A stretch of DNA of 32,701 bases, from contig CBDDBZ010000013.1 of NCBI GenBank assembly GCA_965225945.1, forward strand, positions 1 through 32,701, in the 5' to 3' direction. Position numbers and translations under genes: made by a program. This document shows positions 1 through 9,527 of the stretch, in pieces; position 1 is the first letter of the stretch; each line of letters opens with the position of its first letter. The notes beneath the pieces were generated by a model. The model did no database searches. It saw nothing but the letters and a program-made list of their open reading frames with translations, and was not told the origin of the DNA. Source of the stretch: Alphaproteobacteria bacterium. Lineage in GTDB: Bacteria; Pseudomonadota; Alphaproteobacteria; GCA-2731375.

Positions 1-2351
1 GGTCAAAGCCCTAAGCTTCAAGTCGCTCTCGCTAAGCAACGGCCGGTCGTCGAGATAACCGTTATCGCGAAGATATTCTTCCAATGCCTCGGCAATGCTA
101 TGCCTGAAGCCCCTCAAACGAGGATCGTTCCTGGCGAGGAGCGCCACGAGTAGCTTATCCGCGTCCCCATGCAGGTCATCCGCAATGGCCGCAACGTGAT
201 CGAGATACCGGTCGCTCAGTGCACGGCTCTGCACTAGCCCGTCGCGATCGACGGTCCGGCCTCTCCCCTGACGCCATAGCTCGCAGAACACCTCAAGCAA
301 GCTAACTCGAGAGTCGATTTCCTGGGAGGTTTCGGAACGTGCTGCCAGCTTCTCGGCCAGGGCGGTCCCTGAAACCGTTCTCCATTGCCCTGCCTGTTCG
401 ATGCCGTTTTTCAGAAGGGCGTGCAGTAGATCCAGATTGTCAGGCAACACATAGAAGAAATGCTGCCGGGTATATCCTCGCGACGGCACAAACTGGGGCA
501 CATCCAGAGTGGTTCCGTATTCTTCCGCCGTTGTCCCATCAGGTGACGGGATGGTCGGTCTCGTTGGGATTTGAAGAGCAGATGACTCCGTGACGCTGGC
601 TGCTCTACCGCGGAGCAGACCGAGATCAATCTCGGCGGCGACTACGCAGTTCTCTTCGTCCAGGGGCGTGGCGAATACGGTCTCGATCCAGAGGATCGCT
701 GGTTAGGTAGAAGATCTGACGTCCCTGGTCATTTGCGATACGGCCTAGACTGCGCACGATGGCGTCGAAGCGCTCTGGGTCGCTTTGATCGAGGGCTTCG
801 TCGAGAAACAATGGAAGGGTTCTTCCTTGCTCGACTTCCTCTGCAAATGCTATTCGAGCCGCCAGCAGAAGCTGCGCACGTGTGCCGTCAGACAGTTCAT
901 CGAGTTCCCGAGCCTCGTCACTTTGCAGATCGATCGCGAATAGTCGCGGAGACTCGGTGTCGCGGCCCAAACGAAGTTCATATCTGTGATGTGTAAAGGC
1001 TGAAAAGTGACCGTGCGCCCGCTCGAATACACGGGGCATTTGTGTCTGTTCGTATTCCCGTTCCACCGCGTCGATCAGAAACTTGCCGGCCCAGGCGAAC
1101 ATCGCGTCGTCTCGGCGATTCTTCAACTCGGCGCGGGCGTTCTCCCGCCGCTCAAGCAGGTCCTGGAGACTGGTGGCGCGCTTGGTTTCGTTTACCTGCG
1201 CATTGATGTCGGCGATTTCGTGCCGCAAATCGTCGGCCCTGTCGGGCGCCGAAGAAAGTTGGAGCAGCAGTCGTTCCAGGCTAACCCTGTCGAAATCCGT
1301 AAGTTCGGCTTCCCCGACCTTCGCCAAGCTCATCATGATCGAGGCCGATTTGGCCTTCGAGGCGAGTGGCCCGCACCCGCAGCTCACGATATTGCGGCAA
1401 TAACTTCAGCAGCGCCGTCAGGCCCGGCAGGTCCCCGTCGTCCAGAGAGGCGGCCGGATAGAGTTTCCTTATCGAATCGAGAGCCGTATCCCGGTCAGCG
1501 GAATTATGTTTCAGTTGAGTATTCGCCTGGCGCTCGTCGTCGAGCCCCTTGATCAACCTCGAATTGCGATCTGAAAGACTGGCGAGGTAAGCCTTTGCGG
1601 TCGTGGCATCCTTCGGTAGCAGTTCGCCATATTCTTGCAGAACGTCCGTCAGGTCAGAAAGTAGGCCAGAATGTGTTGCTTCGAGCTCGCTGACGCGGCC
1701 CGCTGCGCCTTCGTACTTGATACGGGTGGCCCTGAGCTGATCGAGAGCGCGCGCGAAATCGACGAGCTCCGCGTCGGGCCGAAGGGAATCGAGCTTTAGG
1801 CTCTTGAGCAGATCTTGCCGCCGTTCGTGGAGCGAGGCTTCCGCTTCGTCGAGCTGGGTCAGTTGAGTACTGAGGCTTTGTCGGTCGCCATCCCGATCTC
1901 GAGAGCGCTGCAAGCGCGACTCGATGGACACAACTTCTGCTTCGAGGTTGCGCAATCGGGCTTCGACTGACCCGGCATTCCATTCGTCAGGCGCTTCTAC
2001 GTCGAGCCGTGCAAACGCCTCCTCGGCCTGAGCCCGCGTGGTCGAAGCCGGGTTCGTGCTGCGCAACAGCAAGACGGGCACCAAGACTCCAGCACCGAGC
2101 ATCAGTAGAAATCCGGAACCGCGGATCGACCAAGACCGACATGCCTGCGCAGAGAACCGCTATCGTCACGGCGATAAGAATCCAGATACGCCGGGCTCGC
2201 AGCCTGTCCTGGAGCGTTTCCGCCTCGGGCGCTCGAAGCCAGTGGCGCAGTAGATCGATCGCGGCACGAAGTTCCACGAGGCGGCTTTCACCGTCCTCGC
2301 TTTGCTCGATGCTCGCCAGAAGGCGCAATCTCCACTCGATGGCACTCCTTT

Positions 2352-2365
2352 TCATCTGGTGTTCG
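2352..2365. repeat. Left target-site duplication TCATCTGGTGTTCG (partner 3715-3728)
   Basis: Exact 14-bp match directly outside each IS end. Confidence 0.95.
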
Positions 2366-2400
2366 TGTAGCGCACCCGGTTCCTTGGACACAAGTTTGTC

Positions 2401-3282
2401 TCACGCGGCGGGCCTGATTGAGATCGCGGCGTGCCACGCCTGACGAGCTTGAGCGGGGCTCAGGTAGCCGTTCTTTTCGACGATCCACTGGGCATTGTAG
2501 AGTTCGACGAAGTCGCGGACGGCGTCCCGCAGCTCCGCGATGTTGCGGTAGATGCGACCATGGATGATCTGTTCCTTCAGCGTGCGATTGAACCGCTCGG
2601 CGACGCCGTTGGTCTGGGGCTCGGCGACGAAGGCGTAGGACGGCTGGATGCCCCAGAACTTGATCTGGTTGGTGAAGTGGTCCGACAGATACTGGGAGCC
2701 GTGATCCTCCGCAAGGCCAGCCCCCGAGCCGCGCCGGCCGCGGTCGAGCCATACAGCCCGGCAAGCCCCATGGAGATCGGCTGCAGGGCGGCGAAGCGGT
2801 CGCCGCGCTTGCAGACATGCCAGCCGACACACTCGGCGATCGACGGCGGTGAAGATCCAGCCCCAGCCGTCGTCCACCGTGAACACCCGAACATCGGTGC
2901 CCCCTCGGGGCATGAGTGATGATCTCACCGTCATGGGGATTGCCGCCACGGCGGCGGCAGCGATGGGGCGAGAGCAGATTGTTCTCGCGCATCAGGCGGA
3001 GCACCCGCTTGCGGGCAACCCGGATGTCGCGACAGACCCGAAGCCGAGCCCAGACCTTGCGGTAGCCCTCGCCCTCCCAGGGCGATCCAGGTCGGCTTCG
3101 ATCGCCACCAGCAGCGCCTGGTCCGAGATCGCGGGCTTCGGTCCCCGACGCTTTGCCGGCGGCTGCTCGGCGTGCTGGCCGGAGGTCATGGCGTAGAACG
3201 AGGAGCGGGCCATGCCCCAGGCGGCGCAGACCCGCCGCAGGCCGTAGGCCAGACCCGTGCCGGGCGAGGTGGCGGCACTCAT
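2401..3282 (-). pseudogene. OrfB integrase-core (rve) transposase, fragmented by small deletions and frameshifts
   Basis: Pieces in three frames: MSAATSPGTGLAYGLRRVC; LMRENNLLSPHR; GTD..RVFTVDDGWGWIF; DHGSQYLSDHF; EPQTNGVAERFNRTLKEQ (DDE motif). Confidence 0.88.
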
Positions 3283-3648
3283 CGCCGCGACCTCCGCCGC
3301 CCCAAAGGGCCGAAGGTCTCCGTCTTGGCCTCCAGCAGTTCCACCTGCGCGATCCGCTTCATGGCGCTATCCAGTTCCGCCTGCACCGGATCGCCCTTGC
3401 GTTGCTTGAGCGAGGCGTCGATCCCGCCGATCGAACTGCTTCTCTACGACTGGCGCGACAGAAGTTGCACCGGCTCGTCACGCAAAAGCCGCGGAACGAC
3501 CTCACGCTTGCGCGCCACCGTCCATCGCTGGCCAAGTCCCAGCGGGCCTGCCGGCAAAGCCTGGCCTGGGGAAAACGTGACGAGCCAAGCTCGCCCGCAT
3601 TTACCACAGGCCCATCAACGCAACTTTCTTCTCAAAATTATCGGCCAT
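3283..3648 (-). pseudogene. OrfA (HTH) of the IS3-like element, frameshifted
   Basis: AAGGAGG RBS then ATG at 3648. Fragments QRWTVARKREVV and IDASLKQRKGDPVQAELDSAMKRIA. 3' end approximate. Confidence 0.65.
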
Positions 3649-3659
3649 GTTCCGGTCCT

Positions 3660-3697
3660 CCTTGGACACTTCGATTAAGCCAATTCTGTGTCCAAGG
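3660..3697 (-). promoter_or_regulatory. Stem-loop occluding the orfA ribosome-binding site
   Basis: CCTTGGACAC (3660-3669) and GTGTCCAAGG (3688-3697) form a perfect 10-bp stem. On the minus-strand RNA the 3' arm contains the AAGG of the RBS. Confidence 0.7.
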
Positions 3698-3714
3698 AAA
3701 TCGGGTCCGACTCA

Positions 3715-3728
3715 TCATCTGGTGTTCG
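3715..3728. repeat. Right target-site duplication TCATCTGGTGTTCG (partner 2352-2365)
   Basis: Exact 14-bp match directly outside each IS end. Confidence 0.95.
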
Positions 3729-4764
3729 CTTGCGACGCGCAGGAATTCGAATAGCCGCCCGTCTTCCTCAAGAGTGAGAGCGACTTCGTCCACATCGCCG
3801 CCGCCGAGGGCCGACAGCGCAGACGCAACCTCCCTTTGACTTTCGGCGCGATACGTCCTTGTGTTCTGAAGGTCCAATTCAACGCGGGCCAATTCTTCAG
3901 CATTTTGTCGCCAGACAGTGAATTCGGATTGGTTCACCTCGGCCGCGAGTCGTGAATCGCGCACGGCATCGCGCGCGGCGTCACGTTGGCTTTCCAAGGC
4001 TCGGATTCGTATGTCCAATTCACCAATGCGCGCCTGGTGCTGATCGATTTGCTCCAATTCCAGGCCGGTCAGGCTTGCCAAGGAATCGGGCAGGGCTGCG
4101 ATGTCTTCGTTTACGGCCGCATACTCTTCGACGCGACTGGCCAGCCCAACCGCCCGATTGACCGATGGCAGGCGGCGCGCGTCCGCTTCTGCAGCGTCGA
4201 GTTGCGGCAGCAGAGTCCCCAGCTGATCCTCACGGCGCTGCAACGCCGACTGGTTTCCCTCCGCGGCCTGCACCTCCCTCGTCGCGGCGTTGAATTCGTC
4301 CCGCTGTCGGCGCCCGTGTCGTTTGGTAACCCCGGAGAAAAAGATCTCCACGATCCGGTGCAAGTCGAAGCCGCCAGACATCTGACGCCTGATCTCGGAG
4401 GCGATGTCTTGTGTGCCGTCCAGGGATGGATCGATCAGATCCCGGAGTCGGAGAAAGAAACAGCTATGGTGGTGGGAACCCGGAATGCCCGGTCGTAGTC
4501 TGTCCCCGTCGTCACAACGCCATCGCAGGCGCGTGCCTTCACGTTCCGCCCTCCAGGTTTCACCGTCCAGTTCGAATTGAGCGGTTATGGAGGTTCGTTG
4601 GGTGGGACCTCGATCATCCCAGTACAGGCCTTCGACCGCGCGGCAAATGCTTGACTTCCCGATCGCATTCGGACCGAAAATGATGTGGACACCGGCACCG
4701 GGCGACTCGAACTCGAACGGCTGATCGATGCCTGGTAGTCGGTCGATTCTCAGCCGCTTCAACT

Positions 4765-6108
4765 TCATGAAGGATCGCCTGGTTCATTCTGGGATAACAT
4801 TGCGGTGAGGGTCGTCATCCCGGATCGCAAGAGAACGTCGCGTAAAGCCTCGTCAGTCAGCGGGTCGGTCGCGCTCCGATGCTCGTCGATGACGGACCAT
4901 CGCTCATCGCGGGCAACGTGAATCAACGCTGCGCGAGCTTCGTCGAGCAGACCCCTCGACCGGTCGTCGTCCTGCTCGAGGAGCAACAACCGACGGGCCA
5001 TCAGGGCGGCCGGATCGTCGCCCTTGGCGATTTCAGCCAGATCCAGCCGGGGCGTCATCGTGGCGACTATCTTTCTGTAGAACACCGCGGTGCCGTTGAC
5101 AACGCGTCCCAGATCGTTCCATTCGCCAGAATCGATGCACCGGCCGATGTCTTCATGGCAGAGACTCGAACCCGTCAGTCGCGCGATCAGCCCTACCGCG
5201 CGAGGCGCGGGGTTTTCCTGGCCGATCCGACGAACAAAGTCCGCCGCCTCGCTCAACAGTCGGTCCGCTACGTCTTCGACTTGTTCGAGACCTTCGACCG
5301 AAATGGAGACCTGCTCCCAACGCAGTGGCGCCAGTGGGATATGCTCCAGATGTAGCCCACCTCCATCGTGCACTCTCAGGATCCATGGGCCATGAGGTCC
5401 GTATTCAGATGGATCGAGCCCCACAAGCGAGCCCAGGTAACCAGATGGCCGGGAATCCACTCGTGTCGAAAGGCTTTCGATGGAAGGCTTATGAATGTGA
5501 CCAAGAAGCCAGGCGTCGTAACCGGTATCGTTCAGTTCAAATTGCCTGATGGGTGCGTAGTGCCCTCCAGAAGCGTTCAGATCGGCATGAAGCAAGCCGA
5601 TACGGGGAACGGAAGGCGCCATGGGCTCCAGCGGCTGCGATAGGAGTTGTGCAACTGGACCTTGGCGCACAAACCGCTCGCCGAACGACCAGCCCACGAT
5701 CTCGGCGACTATTGCCTTGTTCTTCGTTACCGCCTTGGACTCCCACCTGCCCCCGGCCCCCAACAGCGTAAACCCGTCCAGAAGGGAAGCGAGTCTCGGC
5801 AGGGCCTCGACATCATGATTGCCGGCGACAGCGATGACCTGGATCCCTGCATCCAGCAGGCGCCGTATGCACTCTTCGAGCGGCGGTATCGCTTCGAATC
5901 TGGCATTGGTGCTCTCAACCACGTCCCCCGCGAAGAGGACCGCATCAACTTCCTGCTCGATGGCGAGATCGGCGGAGAGTTTCAACGCGGCCGCTGGGGT
6001 CAGCTCGTTCGGATCGATACCCCAGGAATGGACCACGTCTGGCACACCCGAGCACTTTGTGCCCAAGTGGACGTCTCCAATCGCCAGGATTGCAGCGCGA
6101 TCATCCAT
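4765..6108 (-). CDS. YhaO/SbcD/Mre11-like metallophosphoesterase (DNA repair exonuclease), about 447 aa
   Basis: Motifs GDVHLG, FAGD, GNHD, LLH, LGHIH. The stop overlaps the ATPase start (ATGA at 4765-4768). Start chosen at MDDRAA (6108); 6141 is an alternative. Confidence 0.92.
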   Translation of the reverse strand: MDDRAAILAIGDVHLGTKCSGVPDVVHSWGIDPNELTPAAALKLSADLAIEQEVDAVLFAGDVVESTNARFEAIPPLEECIRRLLDAGIQVIAVAGNHDVEALPRLASLLDGFTLLGAGGRWESKAVTKNKAIVAEIVGWSFGERFVRQGPVAQLLSQPLEPMAPSVPRIGLLHADLNASGGHYAPIRQFELNDTGYDAWLLGHIHKPSIESLSTRVDSRPSGYLGSLVGLDPSEYGPHGPWILRVHDGGGLHLEHIPLAPLRWEQVSISVEGLEQVEDVADRLLSEAADFVRRIGQENPAPRAVGLIARLTGSSLCHEDIGRCIDSGEWNDLGRVVNGTAVFYRKIVATMTPRLDLAEIAKGDDPAALMARRLLLLEQDDDRSRGLLDEARAALIHVARDERWSVIDEHRSATDPLTDEALRDVLLRSGMTTLTAMLSQNEPGDPS

Positions 6109-6654
6109 TCTGGGTCCCCGAGACTTCGACGCAACGTCCATCGCTAGTCTGACAGATTCCACCGATGTAGCGAATGCGGCGATACTCGAAGACGGGGCAG
6201 CGGGTGATCTACGACGTGACCGACCGCGAGAAGTGGACGGAGGGGCCGAAGCGTCCCTTGGACGACGGATCGGCAGGGATGGGAAGGTCGAAAGCGCAAG
6301 AACATATTTTGGTGAAAAGAATTTTTTCGAAGTCACCTGTTGCAGGGAGTTGCATGATCATGTCGCGAGATGGCTGGAGTCTATTAAGCCATTGAAAGCA
6401 TGTGCGTATCACGGTTGACAGGCCTATTCTTGCGGGTTTTCCTGCATGCCGTCCATGGCCGCAAGAGGGGTTCCGGCGATGCCGGAAAGACGCAATCCGG
6501 CTCTTGCAGACACTGCCATTCTCGCCTTCGGATCGCCCGCGGGCAGCGTCCGGGCGCCGAAAGGGAAGGCTGAGGGTGGCCCTGCTTCGCGCGTTCGTGT
6601 CGACGGCTCGCGGCATGGTGCCAGAAGCCGGCGCATCCGGCGACGGAGGTATGC

Positions 6655-7293
6655 ATGACGAACAGGAAAGCCCCCGTCAAAGACGGAAGAGTGACAGGCG
6701 CATCTGTGGGAGCGCCGTCGGAAGCACCCATCCATCCGGATGGACCGCTCTTCGCGGCCGGACAACCTGACGCGGCGAGCGCGACAGATACCGCATCGCC
6801 CTACCCTTGGGATGCACCTGTGGAGCCGGAACCCAGCACGGAAGCCGACGCCGAAACGGATCCGCCCGGAGACCTGCCCGCGGCCGAAGAAAATTTCGAT
6901 CCGGCGGCCCCATCCACGGCGGCCGGCGAGGACCCGCCGAGCGGCCTCGAGCGGCTAAACGAGAACATCGAGCAGCTGCTCGAAACCGTCGACGCGGTCG
7001 CGGCGGATGTCGCGGAGTCGCGATCGCATCTGGAACGGCTGACCCGGAGCACCCCGGATGATCCAGAGGCCGCGAACGGCGCCGGCGGGATCGAGGATCG
7101 CATCAAGGTGCACACCGCGGATTTCCACCGATGGATCGAGAGCGACCGGCGTCGGCGGCGCTGGTGGCCGGCCGTGGCGGCAGGGATCGCCGCACCCACG
7201 GCGCTGCTACTCGGCCTGCTGGTGGAGCAGCAATACCAGGTCATCCCGCTCCACGATCCGACCGGAGGCTGGCGCGGCAATATCTGGGAACAT
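6655..7293 (+). pseudogene. Hypothetical protein (disordered N-terminus, coiled coil, one TM helix), probably truncated at ~7293
   Basis: GGAGG RBS upstream and GC-rich codon usage up to ...GGWRGNIWEH. Then an abrupt shift to AT-richer IS-end sequence; the ORF only runs on to 7413. TM segment WWPAVAAGIAAPTALLLGLLV. Confidence 0.6.
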
Positions 7294-7308
7294 GGCGTAA
7301 TTGAGTTA

Positions 7309-7394
7309 GGGTCACCCTCCCAAAGACCACGAAGTCCGCTCTGGTTTGAAGCTTGCCTATCCGGTTATCACCCACACCCACTATATGTAGTGTG
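7309..7394 (-). mobile_element. Orphan left end of an IS110-family element (inverted relative of 8064-8147)
   Basis: 7352-7394 is the reverse complement of 8064-8106 at 42/43 nt. It continues to GGAGGGTGACCC, matching the GGAGGATGACCC that precedes the IS110 ATG, and is cut where the start codon should be. Confidence 0.8.
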
Positions 7395-7626
7395 CACCCA
7401 TTTTCCTGAGTAAAGCTCGGTGCAGGTCGAAGCGGAGATATCTCCGGCGATGCCGAGCAGGGACTCGGACGGCATTGTAGCGGCTTTTAGGCGACACTTT
7501 AGCGTGGTGGAAATCCTAATCATTGAGTCGGATTTGGCAAAACGCCACGTTGCATAAAGGACCGTCACTTCATTGAAATTTATCTGAAATCGGAGGTGAA
7601 CGATACCGATGGAATATTCCAGGAAA

Positions 7627-7935
7627 TCAGAGCTTCATTGAATTGTAGGATTCGAGTGCCGGATTATTCACAAATAGCTCTGTGAACTGGTTTTCAAGTT
7701 CGCTCAATACGTCATATGGAGTAAACGGATTGAGGATCACGTTCTTGCGTGTCGCTTCGTCTTCGCTGCGACTCAAAACGCGCAGGAGACTAACAGGCGC
7801 GGACGGGTTCTTCGCAACGATTCGTGCCAGCGCGTCGCTTTCTTCGACTAGTGCCGTCAATCGCTCAGACGATGTCGTTTCATCAGCAGCTTCCGGTCTG
7901 GCCGTGGGTTTCTTCGTTTTTCCCTTGGTCGCCAC
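7627..7935 (-). CDS. Small leucine-rich-repeat-variant (LRV/HEAT-like) protein, 102 aa
   Basis: Repeats VAKNPSAPVSLLRVLSRSEDEATRKNVILNPFTPYDVLSEL..NNPAL fit the VAxNPxTPxxxLxxL LRV pattern. GGGGGA RBS-like sequence before the GTG. Confidence 0.7.
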   Translation of the reverse strand: MATKGKTKKPTARPEAADETTSSERLTALVEESDALARIVAKNPSAPVSLLRVLSRSEDEATRKNVILNPFTPYDVLSELENQFTELFVNNPALESYNSMKL

Positions 7936-8147
7936 CGTTCCGTCCCCCGATGTTAAGTACGTGACGTGAATTAAACTCCGGTTCGGTTTTCAGAACAATC
8001 AAGAATTAGCCGGATCGCCTCCTCAATGCGCCTGCGCCGGCCCTTGCCTGCAGTCCAAGGAGACACACTACATATAGGGGGTGTGGGTGATAACCGGATA
8101 GGCAAGGTTTGAAGACCGTTGGGCGGCTTCAAGAAGGAGGATGACCC

Positions 8148-9153
8148 ATGCGCGAAGTCTATGCCGGCTTGGATGTTTCCGACAAGCAGACCCACATTTG
8201 TCTGGTGGATGGTGCCGGAGCGGTGCTCTGGCGCGGGCGCTGCGCGAGCGATCCGGACGTGATCGCCAAGACGCTGGCCAAACACACGGCGAAGCTGCCG
8301 GCGGTGCTGGCCAGGGCGGTGCTGGAGACCGGCCCGCTCTCGACCTTCCTGTTTCATGGTCTGCGTCTGCGCGCGCCATGCCAAGGGCGTGCTCTCGACC
8401 CGGCTCAACAAGACCGACCCCAACGACGCCGAGGGACTGGCCCAGCTCGCCCGCACCGGCTGGTTCAAGGCGGTGCACGTCAAGGACCCCGAGAGCCATC
8501 TCGAGCGGGCGCAGCTTCGGGTGCGCGAGCAACTGGTCAAGAGCCACCGGGACATGGTCAATCAGCTGCGTGGCCTCTTGAAGCTGTTCGGCCTCCGGCT
8601 CGGCCAGGTGACGACGCCGAACAAGCGACGCGAGCGCGTCGAAGCGTTGCTGACCCGCATGCCGGCGCTACGCCCGGCGCTGTCGCCGCTTTTGCAGACG
8701 CTCGCCGCCCTGGACGAGGAACTGGCCAAGCTGAAGAAGAGCCTAAAAGCACGCGCCGCCCGCGACCCGCTCACCCGCCGCCTGATGACGGCGCCCGGCG
8801 TCGGGCCGCATCTGGCGTTGGTCTACAGATGCACGATCGAGGATCCGGGGCGCTTCGCCCGCTCGGGCGACGTCGGCGCCTATGTCGGGTTCACGCCGAG
8901 GCGCTATCAGTCCGGCGAGGTCGATCTCGTCGGCCACATCCCGAGGGCGGGCGACGCCATGTTGCGCCATGCCCTCTACGAGGGAGCCAACGCGGTGCTC
9001 GGGGCCCTGAAACGCCCTTGCGCGCTCAGGACCTGAGGTCTCGCCTTGCAGGAACGCAAAGGCGCCAAGCGGGCTCGCGTCGCCGTCGCCAGGAAGCTCG
9101 CCGTCCTGCTGCACCGCCTGTGGCAGGACGAGACCGACTTTCGTTGGGCCTAG
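8148..9153 (+). pseudogene. IS110 DEDD recombinase/transposase, inactivated
   Basis: [47 protein letters not shown] short deletion with frameshift at ~8357 and an in-frame TGA at 9034-9036. Confidence 0.93.
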
Positions 9154-9159
9154 GCGCTG

Positions 9160-9305
9160 GCGCCGGCGGGCCCCAGGCCCGTTTCCGCCTGCTTGCCGCA
9201 GCCTGACGGGGAAGGGTGATCTCGCCTATACTGTCGCGGCATCGACCGCGTTGGGGACCTCAAAGACACCCTTCTTCCCCTGACCGCCATCCTGAGGCGC
9301 CGGCA
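9160..9305 (+). ncRNA. Candidate bridge/seek RNA region of the IS110 element
   Basis: Outer stem GGGGAAGGGTG (9208-9218) / CACCCTTCTTCCCC (9267-9280), a large internal loop, and inner stem CGCGG/CCGCG (9235-9250). Position downstream of the recombinase fits IS1111-type elements. Confidence 0.45.
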
Positions 9306-9368
9306 ACTCCAGCTGTCGTTCCTCAAAACCTATCCTGATTACGCACTTTACTCAGCCGGGTTGATGTG

Positions 9369-9383
9369 GTACAAATAGTGAAC
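9369..9383 (+). promoter_or_regulatory. Putative alphaproteobacterial LexA (SOS) box GTAC-N7-GAAC
   Basis: GTACAAATAGTGAAC lies between a TTGATG -35-like hexamer (9361) and the RBS/ATG (9411) of the outer transposase. Confidence 0.55.
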
Positions 9384-9478
9384 AAATGGCGGTTTTTCTG
9401 GAGGTTCACAATGCCACGCAACAAGGTTCCCTTTCAGAAGGGGCTCAGCGAAGCGCGTTTCCGTGGGCAATTATATAC

Positions 9479-9507
9479 TTGACGAACACGCTCTCTGACT
9501 CCATATT
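9479..9507 (+). promoter_or_regulatory. Sigma70-like promoter overlapping the left TIR
   Basis: TTGACG-N17-CATATT, followed by an AGGGAG RBS and ATG at 9528. Confidence 0.6.
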
Positions 9508-9527
9508 AGAAATCAGGGAGATAGATC

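Larger units (their letters stand above)
2366..3714 (-). mobile_element. IS3-like DDE insertion sequence (1349 bp), decayed
   Basis: TG...CA ends with imperfect terminal inverted repeats TGTAGCGCACCCGGTTCCTTGGACACA / TGAGTCGGACCCGATTTCCTTGGACACA. Flanked by the 14-bp direct repeat TCATCTGGTGTTCG. Two-ORF layout. Confidence 0.92.
1..4768 (-). pseudogene. YhaN-like SMC/Rad50-type ABC-ATPase (coiled coil with central TM hairpin), split by an IS and three +1 frameshifts; runs off the left edge
   Basis: N-terminus MKLKRLRIDRLPG with Walker A GPNAIGKSS. C-terminal signature LSDGT, Walker B LFLDE, D-loop ALDQSD. Removing the IS and one TSD copy rejoins ASEHQM|KRSAIEW in frame. Frameshifts near 2115, 1325 and 663-666. 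The frame stays open from 660 to 1. About 1130 aa lie within the window. Confidence 0.88.
8064..9305 (+). mobile_element. IS110-family element (short left end, long 3' non-coding region, IS1111-like layout); right end uncertain
   Basis: Contains a DEDD recombinase pseudogene. About 80 bp precede the ATG and about 150 bp of structured non-coding DNA follow the stop. Confidence 0.72.

Noticed and set aside
6300-6314. LexA box upstream of the nuclease-ATPase operon
   Set aside because: GAAC is followed at N7 by GGTG, so there is only a half site.
7294-7308. GGCGTAATTGAGTTA as another IS end
   Set aside because: No partner repeat or TSD found in the window; left as an unexplained junction scar.
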